64,000 nucleotides of DNA from Rhina ancylostomus (Eukaryota): the NCBI GenBank assembly GCA_030265395.1, contig JARFYF010000054.1, positions 24,925,264-24,989,263 on the forward strand. Direction: 5' to 3'. This document shows positions 39,118 to 52,100 of the stretch, piece after piece. The translations under genes were made by a program, and so were the position numbers. Numbering within the stretch: position 1 is the first letter of the stretch; every line of letters begins with the position of its first letter. The notes under the pieces were generated by a model that had not been told where the DNA came from, did not search any database, and saw only the letters and a program-made list of their open reading frames with translations.

Positions 39118-39600
39118 TAACAGAGAACAGTACAGCACGATACAGGCCCTTCAGCCCACAATATTGTGCCGACCTTTAAACCTCGCCTAAGACTATCTAA
39201 GCCCTTCTTACCACATATCCCTCTATTTTAAATTCCTCCATATGCTTATCTAGCAATCTCTTGAANNNNNNNNNNNNNNNNNNNNNNNNNNNNNNNNNNN
39301 NNNNNNNNNNNNNNNNNNNNNNNNNNNNNNNNNNNNNNNNNNNNNNNNNNNNNNNNNNNNNNNNNTATTGTGCCGACCTTTAAACCTCGCCTAAGACTAT
39401 CTAACCGTTTCCTCCCACATATCCCTCTAGTTTAAATTCCTCCATATGCTTATCTAGTAATCTCTTTAATTTGACCAATGTACCTGCCTCCACCACCATC
39501 CCAGGCAGCGCATTCCATGCCCCAACCACTCTCTGGGTGAAATACCTTCCTTTGATACCTCCCTTGAACTTCCCACCCATTACTTTAAAGCCACGCCCTG
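39118..39600 (-). mobile_element. CR1 LINE 3' end (duplicated across a gap)
   Basis: ORF 39401-39760 includes KGRYFTQRVVGAWNALPGMVVEAGTLVKLKRLLDKHM; AGAACAGTACAGCAC...GGCCCTTCAGCCCA tail. Confidence 0.9.
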
Positions 39601-40737
39601 TAAGAAGCTGGTTATCCTGTGGTAAATGACTCACCTCCTGGCACATTTCCAGGAGCCCAAAGCATAGATTTCTTGCTCTGGTAGCATAGCTAGTTCGAAT
39701 AGAATATCTAATGCAGCAATTGTAGGCACACGCATAGTTTGAACAAAGCCATGAAGACACTGGATGTTATCATGGCTGCCACCTTAAATAATGCGCCTGA
39801 TAAATTAGCCTTGGCCACATAACTCCTTATTGATCTGCACTGAAAGCTATGAGATGGTGGTACCAAATGGAAACATAGAAAATGCCTTCACTCAGAGCAC
39901 CTCTGCTTCATGCCCGTTGTCCACCCCACTACAAGTCAACACTCCATATGCTGCCTTGGTCCCAACAACTGATTTAGTTCTATGCATAAATGCAGGAGAA
40001 ACTGTCTTTGGTGGGACTTTCATAGGTTCTGAATCTCAGAAATTATTGGTCTTGAGTGCCAAGAGTACACTAACAGTTCAAGCAGTGATCTGAACAGCCT
40101 GCTTCTGCTTCTGCTGATACCATTAAAGTTACATGGAAGTAAATACAAATACTTTATTTATATAGTGCCTGTCATGTCCTTTTCAGAACAGTTGCAAGTG
40201 CTTTACAGCTAATGGTGCCGTTGAACTATAGTCACTGCTGCAATGTAACAAACATTGGAAACTTGGTGGCCATTTTCCACACAGAATGATTAGTGTGATA
40301 AATTACTTTAGAAATGTCGACTGAGGGATAAATGTTAGCCAGCACACTGAAGATAACTCCCCTGTTCTTCTGCAGAATCCTGGCAACGGGTCTTTTAAGT
40401 CCACGCAACTGTAAAAGAAACTTCAAATTTTCCTTTGAAGGTATGAGAGCTGCAGAGAAGATTATAGGTGTCTCTCTACCCTCCATTGCGGACGTATATA
40501 TGGACCGATGTGTCAGAAAGGCCACAAACATAATGTCTGACCCTTCTCACCCCTCCCACCACCTTTTTGCANNNNNNNNNNNNNNNNNNNNNNNNNNNNN
40601 NNNNNNNNNNNNNNNNNNNNNNNNNNNNNNNNNNNNNNNNNNNNNNNNNNNNNNNNNNNNNNNNNNNNNNNGATCTGAAATGCAGACAATAATGCACTCA
40701 ATTCGACATTTCAGAAGTGTTCTTCATAAATAACTTG

Positions 40738-41202
40738 TAGAACATAGAACAGTACAGCACAGTACAGACCCTTCAGCCCACCATGTTGTGCCAACCAATA
40801 TAAACCTACTCCCTGCTCAATCTAACCTTCCCTCCTACACATCCCATAACCCTCCATTTTTCTTACATCCACAGGCCTATCTAAGAGTCTTTTAAATTTC
40901 CGTTTGTACCAGCCTCTACCTCCAGCCCTGGCAGTATGTTCCAGGCACCCACCATTTTCTGTGTAAAAGAACCTACCTCTGACATCTCCCCTAAACTTTC
41001 CTCCTCTGACCTTAAACTGATGCCATCTGGTATTGGCCACTGCCACCCTGGGGAAAAGGCGCTGGCTGTCCACTCTATCTATGCCCTTCACAATCTTATA
41101 TACCTCTGTCAAGTCGCCTCTCATCTTGTATTGCTCGAAAGAGAAAAGCCCTAGCTCACTCAACCTTTCCTCATAAGACATGTTCTCTAATCCAGCCAAC
41201 AT
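40738..41202 (-). mobile_element. CR1 LINE 3' end
   Basis: MLAGLENMSYEERLSELGLFSFEQYKMRGDLTEVYKIVKGIDRVD, the canonical CR1 ORF2 C-terminus. Confidence 0.92.
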
Positions 41203-44097
41203 TTCATATGAACTGTTTCATCTTTAGCAGTCAGGAAGACGTAATGAAGGCAACAGAACAAGTCAGGGTTGTCAATAGTAAACCTATTTGGGATGTTCAG
41301 GAAGCCAATATGGTCCAAACACTGATTCCTTGGGGAGTGATAGGGCCGGAGGAGATTACAGAGCGAAGGATTGCTGACAGTTGAAGACGTGGAGATAATT
41401 TAAAATCAAGGCATTGTTTAATAGAGAGTCATTCCTGGTTATTCTGGTCAACGAGAACAAGCTGAAGGACGATGGTTGAAATTTGATAATGAGGAGGTTT
41501 CAAGCCCCTTAAGTAAAGGGGCAAGAATTTGGGAGGCCAACTGTAGCCATTCATGGCATCAATTCTCATGCTGCCTCTTATGTTCTTTTGTTATATACTT
41601 TATCTCATCTGGTTATTGACCCTTCTGCAATTGGAAATGGTTTCTACCTTTTTGCCCTATCAAGATGTTGAATACCTCAATCAAACCTCCTCCTCCATCA
41701 AATCTCACCTCCGATGCCATTCTGGTAAAAATCTCCTTCGCATTCTCATGAAAGTGTCGAGTCCAGAGATGAACTGGGCATGAATCCACATGTTAGGAAA
41801 GTTTACATTAACTTCTTTGCCTTTGCACTCTATCCTGTAGCACTTTTATAAAGTTAATGGTCCCGTGTGCCTTTTTAAAAGCCTTTTCAACTTGTTCAAC
41901 CACCCTTAGAGACTTTGATATATCCACTCCTAAGTCTTTACAATTTTACACACTCTTTAATATTTTACCATTTAATTTATGTTCCTTTCTCTGAAAGTTT
42001 GCACCAAAATGAATAATTGCACACTTCTCCGTAGTTAGTTGTATCTGCCATCCATCTGTCCATTTTACTAGTTTGGGTAAGTTCTCCTGAAGTCTGCTCC
42101 TGCCCTCCATATTGTTCATTTACAAGTTTCTTCTTAACTTCAGACCTTGAAATCATGCACAAAGCCAGATCAATAATATTTTTAAAAAGATCAGTGGTTG
42201 CAACATAGACTGTCAAGAACAACACTGTGTACTTCCCTCCAGCCTAAAAGAAACAGTCATTCCCTATTACTCTTTCTTCATCTTAGCCAATTTTGTAATG
42301 ATACAACCATTACCCCTTCTTTGCTAACAAGTCTATTAACTGTACCTTATTGAAAGCAATTTGAAAGTTCACATACTCATCATCACAAGTTAGCATTATC
42401 AAATCAATGCAAGATATTATTTATTAACTAATATTTTTTCAAATAATGATCAATTTTGATCACTAAATTCGCTAACAGTTTTTCCACTGGTAATTAGCAT
42501 AATCATCGATTTTTTTGCACAGGAAGGTGTTTGGCCCTCTGGTCCATGCCAATTGAAAATGGACTTTTGTTTAATCCTGTTTCTCACCTCTTGATCCAGA
42601 TGATTTGACTCTCCACATGTTTAGCCATTGCTAGGTTTATCCCTCTCATCATGTTTGAATAGCAAATGGTATTTTCAAAATCCTTCCTCCAGTGCCACTC
42701 ACAGGTCTAGAGAGAATTCTAGGGTTTTGGTCAGAAACATTACAAATTCCATCCCTCTGAAATCTAGGAAGTATCCAGTCTAGACTTGTGTACCTATAGT
42801 GGGGTCCAGCTCCATTTTATTTTGCCATATCCATTCGTCTCCTACATTGCCAGTTATTGGCAACATTCTCTTCCTTAGTGAAGACAGATGGAAAGTAACA
42901 ATTTACTACCTGCCCACTGGCTCCAGCACAAGATATTATTTTCAGTTAATGATCATCTCTACCCTTTAGCCATCAAATTCCTTTGCATATTCCCCACTCA
43001 TCTCATTCCTTGTAATATCTTCTCCCATATTATTTGTTTTCAGTTCTCCCTTGCATTTATTATATTCAGTTTGGTTCTTGACTAGATTATGAACTTGGCG
43101 TTTATTATAAACATCCTTTTCTGCTTCATATTCATCTTGTTATCTTAAGCTTCCACTGAGTTCTTGCTTTGAATTCCAATACATCTGTGTAGGAAACCTA
43201 TTCAGCTCCCTGAAATTAGTTCTCTTTCTGTTGTAATGAATGCTCATGGATCTTTTGAATAGCTGCCCTAGTCCTAATGACACTGGTCTAGATTTTGTGG
43301 GGGAAAATGCGGGTATTTCCATGCTGAACTGCTGGTATTTCCCTGTATAAGATGCAGCAAGTTCAAGATCCCCCTGCATGTGTGTATGAACGCAAATGTC
43401 CCGAGCTTCCTGCCTGATCTTTCCCAGAGAATCTCTAACTGTATCTTTCATGCAGAGGAAGAGTTGTGAGGAACCCAGTGATTAATTAATTGTTCTCTTG
43501 AATTGTTTTAATTTATTTAGAAGCTTAAAAGTGTGCATAAGTGTTCAATTACTTTTCCTAAAAAAAATATTTTGAATATTTTTGAGATTCTAAAGGCATC
43601 TTGAATGTTTAGAAAGGCAACATATTTGACAGCTTTGGTCACTGGCCAAACCAGGGAACTCAGATGTTTTTAGTATTTTCATTTGACAGATGAAGAAGCT
43701 TCCATTCTTGGGAGATCTGCACAGTTAAGAACGAACTTAATGCAAAGAGCGATAGGTTTGTGTAGCTCATTGTAATTCGCAAATTCTCGGCCATTATGAG
43801 GAATTTTCCTCAAATTCTCCCTCTGAAATGTATTCCACTAGTCCTGCCTTCGTTCCAAAAACTAATCCTGCTTCTCCTTTACTGACCTGAAACTATAATA
43901 TTCAAGAAAATTTCTTGCACACATTTTAGCTAAGACCATCCATACCCTTTATGCTGCTCATTTATAGGGCTAGCCTGGTCCATATTTGATTCTGAAGCTC
44001 CAGGAATCTTTCTCTCATTTCTCCAACCATGCTTTAATTGAACATTGATGGAACCAATGGGTAAGGTAGGAAAATATCTGTGTTCTTACTTTGAGAT

Positions 44098-44250
44098 TGT
44101 CATGGTTCTGAGTTCTGGCCCTCAATTTGGCTTCTTTAATGCCTTGTTGTCCATCACATGGATTCCATGCTGGACTGATTGCATAACGACACTCACCCGA
44201 GCCCCATCAGGGACCTAGCATAAGTACCTGTTTCTCTAGCACTAGTTGCC
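44098..44250 (+). mobile_element. Fragment of the same LTR family (5' end)
   Basis: TGTCATGGTTCTGAGTTCTGG...CTCTAGCACTAGTTGCC matches 47040-47194; runs into an N gap. Confidence 0.8.
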
Positions 44251-45221
44251 NNNNNNNNNNNNNNNNNNNNNNNNNNNNNNNNNNNNNNNNNNNNNNNNNN
44301 NNNNNNNNNNNNNNNNNNNNNNNNNNNNNNNNNNNNNNNNNNNNNNNNNNNNNNNNNNNNNNNNNNNNNNNNNNNNNNNNNNNNNNNNNNNNNNNNNNNN
44401 NNNNNNNNNNNNNNNNNNNNNNNNNNNNNNNNNNNNNNNNNNNNNNNNNNNNNNNNNNNNNNNNNNNNNNNNNNNNNNNNNNNNNNNNNNNNNNNNNNNN
44501 NNNNNNNNNNNNNNNNNNNNNNNNNNNCCCCCCCCCCCCCCAACATTTTGTCCTAATAGCAGAGACTGCACTCCAAAGTCATTTTGTGATCTATGAAGCA
44601 TGTTGGGGGGTTTCTGGAGAAGCGTACAAGGCACAACATGAATGCAAATCTTTTCATTGCTAATATAGATAGTAATGGCTTCAATTATTTAGAGGTAAAT
44701 GTGGAAGTTCATCCCTAATGCTTCTTACTCTGACAATATCCAACTAACAGCAAAAAAGAACTTTCAAAACCACAACAGCAGGTTCAGCTATATTTAATGA
44801 TTACCAAAAGGGATGAAACATAAGCTTATGTCACAGTAATGTGGGCCCGCAAGGTCAGGAGTTCTGCTTGCTCATGTTCCAGGTGCATACCTCATTCTGT
44901 ACAAATGTAAAACACATTTTATGAGAAAGTAGTATGTGAGCTGCAAGAAAAATCAGCTAGTTATTTCCTGCATTAAGTTTCTCAAAGGCTTCAATCACCT
45001 ATTTTCATCTGCTGGTCTTGAAGGGCACCAATCACACAGTCAATGTCCTTTGCTTTTGCAACTTCTGTTTTCCTCATTTGGTCTCAATGAACCAAACGAC
45101 TCAAGACTTTGGGAATTCACGTTTCAGTGCTTTAATCCTGGTGAGGGAGTGCACAAAACTAAAATTACACCATAGTAATGAAATCACAGGTTAGAACTAT
45201 TAATATGATGAATACTAACAA

Positions 45222-45470
45222 CTTTTAATTTTTTTAATTTTTAAAATTTTATTTACAGCATGGTAACAGGCCCTTCCAGCCCAACGAGTCCGTGCCACCC
45301 ATTTTAAACCCCTATATTAACCTACCCGTATGTCTTTAGAATGTGGGAGGAAACTGGAGCACCCGGAGGAAACCCACGCACAAACTCTTCACAGACAGCG
45401 ACGGGAATCAAACCCCGATCACTGGTGCTGTAGTAGCGTTGCACTAACCACTACGCTATCATGCTGCCCC
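45222..45470 (-). mobile_element. tRNA-derived SINE (HE1-like)
   Basis: Minus strand has a tRNA-like head (GCGTAGTGGTTAG...GGTTTGATTCCC), body TGCGTGGGTTTCCTCCGGGTGCTCCAGTTTCCTCCCACA, CR1-like tail GGGCTGGAAGGGCCTGTTACCATGCTGTA and an A-rich end. Confidence 0.85.
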
Positions 45471-45480
45471 AAAGGAAATG

Positions 45481-45552
45481 TTCTCTGACCGGGAGTCGAA
45501 CCTGGGCCACGGTGGTGAGACTGCTGAATCCTAACCACTAGATCACCAGAGA
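45481..45552 (-). pseudogene. tRNA-Glu(CTC) pseudogene
   Basis: 72 nt on minus: TCTCTGGTGATCTAGTGGTTAGGATTCAGCAGTCTCACCACCGTGGCCCAGGTTCGACTCCCGGTCAGAGAA. About 10 differences from the recalled vertebrate tRNA-Glu-CTC. A and B boxes and the acceptor stem are retained; the anticodon stem has 3 mismatches. Confidence 0.88.
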
Positions 45553-46131
45553 ATAATAAAATTCTAATAAACTGCCTAGGAATTCCAGTACAGACAAATA
45601 GATTCTTCATTGCCAGGTCAGTGAACGACTGGTGGCTCCCATTGGAAGCTGGGAGCCAGAAGGTGGCCAGGAACATGAGGAGGTACAGTATACTGTCAGG
45701 ACCAGGCAGCTGAATAGCAGAGTCCAGGGGAGGGCATGGGGACGATACTCTATGTGAAGGAGTTAAAGGGAGGGTGAGTGATGGGATGTGAAGTGAGAGG
45801 GAAAGCAGTGGGCAAGGGCACCTGTGCTTCATCCTTGTGTGTAGCAGAATAGCAATGAGGAGGAATAAACATATGTTGTATTAATGGTTAATTTGGCTCT
45901 GGAATTGAAGTTTCTTTCACTGAATTGGCTACATTTAGAAAATAGTGAAGATCATTCCACTTAATGGTCAGATCAGTGGGGTAACAATGATCCTTTTAGC
46001 CATGGGATTGATACAGTAAATTTCACTGTTGCTCAAGTCCCAAGTCCTCAGACAGAACTGAAAGGATGATGGGCATTTTAATGGTCAATAGTGGGCCTCC
46101 TGTGTCCAAGGCCACAAGGGGATGGGTGGTC

Positions 46132-46134
<3 letters not shown>

Positions 46135-46164
<30 letters not shown>
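46135..46164 (+). repeat. (GA)n microsatellite
   Basis: Perfect GA run of about 15 units. Confidence 0.95.
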
Positions 46165-46166
<2 letters not shown>

Positions 46167-47039
46167 AGAGGTGTGGGGTGGTGTTTGGGTCTTGGGTCAG
46201 ATAGCTAAGGCTAAGTGACCAGAGGAGTGGTTGCTGGTTGTTGCCAACAAATGTTCAGGCTGATAAGGTGGCGAGATGCCAGTGAGCAGGATCAAAGCCA
46301 TGAAGAGTTAAATGAGCAAGGACAAGACTGGGAGGAGATGGGCTTTGCCAGTGAGGAGGATCAGGGCCATGGGTTACACTTGTGGTGACCAACATTGTTT
46401 CTGGGAGGGAAGCTGGTGGAAATCAGGTCAGAGATTTGGGAGAGTGGATCTTCATCTTGGACCTTGGACAATCATGGTGAAACGGGCCTCAGCAAACAGA
46501 GAATGCATGTAACTTAGCTGATCGGTGAGGAGCCTTTTTTGGGTGGGGAGGCAGAGACCAGGCCAGGAGGGGGAATCAGTGAGCCATATGGAATATTGAT
46601 GGGTGTTTTGGGGATGGTGGGGGTGATGGGGCCTTCTTGAGGAAACCCCAAGGGATTAGGGGTAAGTATGAGACTTACCTTAACAGAGGCCCAATCTGGC
46701 CCTAGTACTCGGAAAACCTAACTTGCCCAAAAATTCCTGATGATGGTCGTTCCCACAATCACTTGATCTAACTTCCCCTTACTTTCCTGTGGAAAGACAT
46801 TATCTTGTGTGTGACTAATACAGAAACCTCATCAGATAAGCTGGGATGATCTGTGGCCAGAAATGCCTGGTCAGGTTGCCACAGGGGCCCAATTCAACCT
46901 GGAAATGGATGCAATTACAGTAACTCTGGGAGGGAACAAAAAACATTCAAATGTAGGACCTAAAGAAACACCATCTGAATTTCCAGACCAATGTTTTGGG
47001 TTTTCCTTGAAATGAAGCAGAAGCAGCTTCAAATAAAAG

Positions 47040-47415
47040 TGTCATGGTTCTGAGTACTGGTCCTTGATTTGGCCCCTTAGGTGCCTCATTGTGCAACACA
47101 TGGATTCCATGCTGGACTGATTGTATAATGACACACACCTGAGCCCCATCAGGGGTCCAGCATAAGTACCTGGGTTTCTCTAGCACTAGTTGCCAGAGTA
47201 TNNNNNNNNNNNNNNNNNNNNNNNNNNNNNNNNNNNNNNNNNNNNNNNNNNNNNNNNNNNNNNNNNNNNNNNNNNNNNNNNNNNNNNNNNNNNNNNNNNN
47301 NTTCCTTCCAGTTGCTGCCTGTGTTTTGTCCTGAGGAAGTATCCTGACTCCAGTCTTGTATCAGTGTGCCACATTTGGTTCTCTGCAAGCTTGCTCTCCG
47401 ATCAACATCGTGACA
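47040..47415 (+). mobile_element. Solo LTR (probably Gypsy-type) with 5-bp TSD
   Basis: Starts TGTCATG and ends CGTGACA (TG..CA termini, short inverted repeat). Flanked by AAAAG at 47035-47039 and 47416-47420. The interior contains an N gap. Strand is an arbitrary reference orientation for the family. Confidence 0.8.
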
Positions 47416-47689
47416 AAAAGCAGCTGATGTTACTGGGAAGTTGCCACCAGATCTGACTGTTGAACTTAATGGCTTCGATAGAAGTGCTTCTCACTCTGCA
47501 ATTTCCCAGCCATTTCTGTATGCCTGTTCTCCATTCATCCAGCAATCTTACCTTCTGAATAAATTCCATTTCCAGATTGGTTTAGAGCATTAACAGTGAC
47601 TTTCACTCCAGTTTGTGAAATGGTTCAGACCGACTATTGTTTCTATTGGAGGAAAGGAGGAACTGCCAAGCATTGACATCCATTGGTTG

Positions 47690-48765
47690 TGGAACATTCA
47701 GAGTAAGATGGATAAGGCAAAAAAAAGAGAGAAGCCTGTGATGTGGTTAAACTGCCGATAACCTAAAGGGGCATAAAAGTTTCTGGGGTTGAAATTAGAA
47801 AGGAAATTAGGAAGGCAAAGTGTGTGGATGGAAAAATATTGGCAGGTGATACCAATGAAAACCCCAAGACATCTGATAAGTATGCAAAGAGCAAAAGGAT
47901 AATAAAGGAAAAAATGGAGCTCGTTTGAAACATAAGCCTGAATGTGGAGGTAGAAGACTTGTATAGTTGTAAACAAATACTTTAAGCCTGTCTTCTCAAA
48001 AAGGAATGATATAAGTGTGATCATTAAGGAGGAAGATTGTGAAGTATTGGAAATGATAAATAGAGAGAGACATTTACAGGTCTAGTATTAAAAGTGGATA
48101 AATTGCTAGGCCCAGATAAAATGTACCTCTGACTCTTAAAAGAAGCAGGGAAGTAAACAGTTCTTTCATGTTTTAATCCTCATTGTCTACAGGTGTGGTG
48201 CTAGAAAAATGCCAACATTTGTACTGTCATTGAAAACAGTAGAAAATTATAAACAATCACTATTAGCTGGTCAGCTTTGTGGGTCGATTATTGGAAAATA
48301 ATGAGGTTTAGTGTAAATCAGCACAGATTAATCAAGAACATGATGGACTGATTGATTGAATTGTTTGAGGAGATAAAGAGAGTCAGTGAGAGTATAAGTG
48401 GACATTTGGAAGGTGTTTATCAAAGTCTTGCATGGTAACTTGATCAAAAATGTAAAATCCATTGAGATTTAAGGAAAAGTGGCCAGTTGAATTAAAAATT
48501 GCGTCTATGGGAGAAACCAAAAGGGCATGATCAAAAGGTTTTTCAGTAACTGGAGAGGTTTTGTCAAAAGGGTTCCACAGAGCTCAGTTCTAGCTTTTTT
48601 ATGTCTATCAATGAGTTGGACAAATGACAGAGGAAATGATTAAGAGATTTGTTGACGATACTGAAATTGACAGTGTGGTTATTGCTGAGGAAGAAAGATG
48701 TAGGCTGAGGGATGTATTTGTATGAATGTGTGAAAAGCAGCAGCATTCAAAGCTGTAGATGAAAA
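47690..48765 (+). mobile_element. Old CR1 LINE fragment
   Basis: Decayed CR1 sequence: AAATACTTTAAGCCTGTCTTC, GGCCCAGATAAAATGTACC, GGTTCCACAGAGCTCAG, ATCAATGAGTTGGAC. Confidence 0.6.
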
Positions 48766-48769
48766 GCTG

Positions 48770-49132
48770 GGAACATAGAATATTACAGCGCAGTACAGGC
48801 CCTTTAGCCTATGATGTTGTGCTGACCTTTCGTCCTGCTCTATGATCTATCTAACCCTTCCCTCCCACATAGCCCTCCATTTTTCTATCATTCATGTGGC
48901 TGTCTAAGAGTCTCTTAAATGTCCTGAATGTATCTGCCCCCACAACCTCTGCTGGCAGTGGGCTCCACGCACCCACCACTCTCTGTGTAAAAACTTACCT
49001 CTGACAGCCCCCCTATACCTTCCTCCAATCACCTTAAAATTATGTCCCCTCTTGTTAGCCATCTTCACCCTGGGAAAATGTCTCTGACTGTCCATTTGAT
49101 CTACTCCTCTTATCTTGTACACCTCTATCAAG
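48770..49132 (-). mobile_element. CR1 LINE 3' end
   Basis: IEVYKIRGVDQMDSQRHFPRVKMANKRGHNFKVIGGRYRG plus a CR1 tail. Confidence 0.88.
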
Positions 49133-52100
49133 TGGGCTTAAATTTAATAGCTCAATAGCATGCTGGATTGAATGACCTACTTCTTATGCTATAAATTTGT
49201 GTTTCCCTGGTTTAAACATACTTTTTAGATTATCAAACTCACCACAAATGATGGTTATGGGATTCTATGTGGGAAAAGCAATACAAACTACATAGTAAAT
49301 TATATATATCATTAAGTAGAAATTGGAAGCAAAATAACATTCAATAAATATTGGAATATAAATCATAACATGTAACATATATGTATATTGTAACATATAC
49401 AAGTCTTACCAAGCAGATTTATGTATGTCTCAGTTTTTGTAGCAATGCATTGATTTGAATTAGAATTTAGTGTGCATGACCTATCCCACACATCAGACAC
49501 ATGCTAGGAACTGCTGACAAACTGCTAGAGTTTACTTGTTCACATTAAGTATCCAGTAGACAAAAGGAGAGTGAGGAACATAATTAGCATTATTTTACTT
49601 AATTTCAGTAATTATTCCAGCTACTTTACTTAAGAGCAATAATATTGTCAGCAGTTTTTTAGTTAATGACACCATTGTAAGCAGTGGTGGATTACTGAAT
49701 GGTATTAATCTTTGCAGTATAAACACCATATTTTGTCCACTGGCAGTAATAATACTGATTGACAGNNNNNNNNNNNNNNNNNNNNNNNNNNNNNNNNNNN
49801 NNNNNNNNNNNNNNNNNNNNNNNNNNNNNNNNNNNNNNNNNNNNNNNNNNNNNNNNNNNNNNNNNNNNNNNNNNNNNNNNNNNNNNNNNNNNNNNNNNNN
49901 NNNNNNNNNNNNNNNNNNNNNNNNNNNNNNNNNNNNNNNNNNNNNNNNNNNNNNNNNNNNNNNNNNNNNNNNNNNNNNNNNNNNNNNNNNNNNNNNNNNN
50001 NNNNNNNNNNNNNNNNNNNNNNNNNNNNNNNNCACAATGCTTTATTTCTTTTTGTGCATTTTATGTTAATTTTTTGGCATTTTTCATTTCTCTCTGGCTG
50101 TGACCAGGAAGTTCTTTTGCATCACTTCCTGGAGTGTTTTGATTGGAAAATTCTGCCTTTGTCATTCCTTCAACTTATAAGCAACAACCTCTTTTTACAC
50201 AATCAAATGGAAGTAGAAAGATGACAGTATTCAAATTGTGGTCATGAGTTCTTAAAACAGAAGAAAAATATTTTGAAAGACATTGCGTTGTGACAGCTCC
50301 AGAAGGTCCAAAATGATTTAATATTACTAATGCATGTAGCCTTGGAGCAATCAAGCCAGAGTAATATTTCTCTGTATGTCCATATCCAAATGTATATGTG
50401 TATGAAAATACAGTTTGATAGCATTTTTGTATTTTCATGACAATTCAATGTACATTGCAAAAAAGGAGAAACAGTGGTAAATTAATGAGGGGAATAGTGA
50501 AAACACAGTCAAGGAGTATGGATTTTTCAAGGCAGGAAGGGAGGCACAATAGCAAAGGAAGTCTTCAACAATGTCCCACCTACAGGGCAGTAATTATATG
50601 ACTGAAGTATCAGCTTTTGATGGTGATTACATTTTTCCCCATTAACTAAGTCACAGAGAAGAATATATAGTTCTCTAAAAGCTAGAGAACGAATCCCAGA
50701 TAGTGCTCTGAGAGTATGGAAGGACCCAAAAATGATCTCAAAAATCTAGCAGTTGCCTCACTATCATTAGATAATCAGCTCCTCATACTTATTGGCATTG
50801 ATCTGCAGGAAATATTGGCTCTTCCGGGGCTTATTTTATTCAATAACTTTTCAGTATGTAGATAATGCTGGCAAGGCTGAATTTATTGCCTATCTGAGGT
50901 TGCAGTGATAGGTAAGGTCATGGAAAAATAAGTCCATTTTCCTAGACCAACCAAGAAGTAGCAAAGTTTAGACTAACTGTGATGATAGTAGTTTAAGTAA
51001 ATTCAAGATGAGGATATTGCAGCAAACAATTTGGAACAGAAGTTGAAGACTACAAATCAGAGGAACAATCTTATCAAATGATAAGTATATTATTTTAACT
51101 GATCACCAATTTATTGGCAATGGAAAAACATGTTGAAGCCTATTGCAACAGTATTCAAACGTGCATTGCTTGTACTTTGAAAAGATAAGTAAGCATAAAA
51201 CTCAGATCCATATTGAATTTTTTAGGGGTGAAACAGAGGCTATTTTGATTTCAAAATTATATCTGATGGAAGTATGCATATTTGCGATAAGAGTCACACC
51301 AGACATCCCATTGGTCAGAGCAATACCACAAGTTTCCAAGGGAACTGGGCAAAGTAGGAAGATCCTGACTGGCAATACTGATTTGACACTGATACTCCAT
51401 ATTTAGATCCCAGTGCTCTGACCACACCTCTCTTAACTCACAGCTGAATTTCAACAATGGAAAGAATCCTGTACTACCAACAACATTTAAAGTTTTATCA
51501 CAGACTTTCAGTTTATGCTGCATGATTTCTGAAAGCTGTTGCTACAACTCTAAAAATGTTTTTGAGTTTGTTAATGATCCTGAAATCTACAGGTAGCTAT
51601 GTGGCAGATGTTGAAGGACTACTGTTCCCAGATATTAGTGCATTAATAGGCATTCCACTTAGAAGACACAGTGACTGGGAGAATAAACAGAGACTTCACA
51701 AAGTAGGACTAGCTATTAAATGCAAGGAGGAAAAGTAGGGTTCTCAGATTTTCCGGATGCTTTCAAGACGGCCNNNNNNNNNNNNNNNNNNNNNNNNNNN
51801 NNNNNNNNNNNNNNNNNNNNNNNNNNNNNNNNNNNNNNNNNNNNNNNNNNNNNNNNNNNNNNNNNNNNNNNNNCGGATGCTTTCAAGACGGCCATAAACA
51901 TTTACCAGTCAGGTTCCTGTCAGGTTGGAACTGATATCTGTAACATTGCACAGTTTGGCATCCACTGAGCCAGATCATCTTGTTGGGTATCTACCTATGA
52001 CCTACCATTGGTTATCTTCAATGAGCCTGCTGAATTACTGACTGAGGTCAACAGATGGCCCCCTGACAAACTCCATGCCACTTGTCAATCATTGCTCCTC

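Noticed and set aside
39162-39470. Tandem duplication of a CR1 3' end
   Set aside because: The copies flank a 100-N gap, so this is most likely a scaffolding artefact joining similar repeat copies or alleles.
51754-51893. Direct repeat CGGATGCTTTCAAGACGGCC around a gap (TSD- or CRISPR-like)
   Set aside because: An identical 20-mer on both sides of a 100-N gap indicates an unmerged contig overlap. The same is seen for TTAACGA at 10928-10951.
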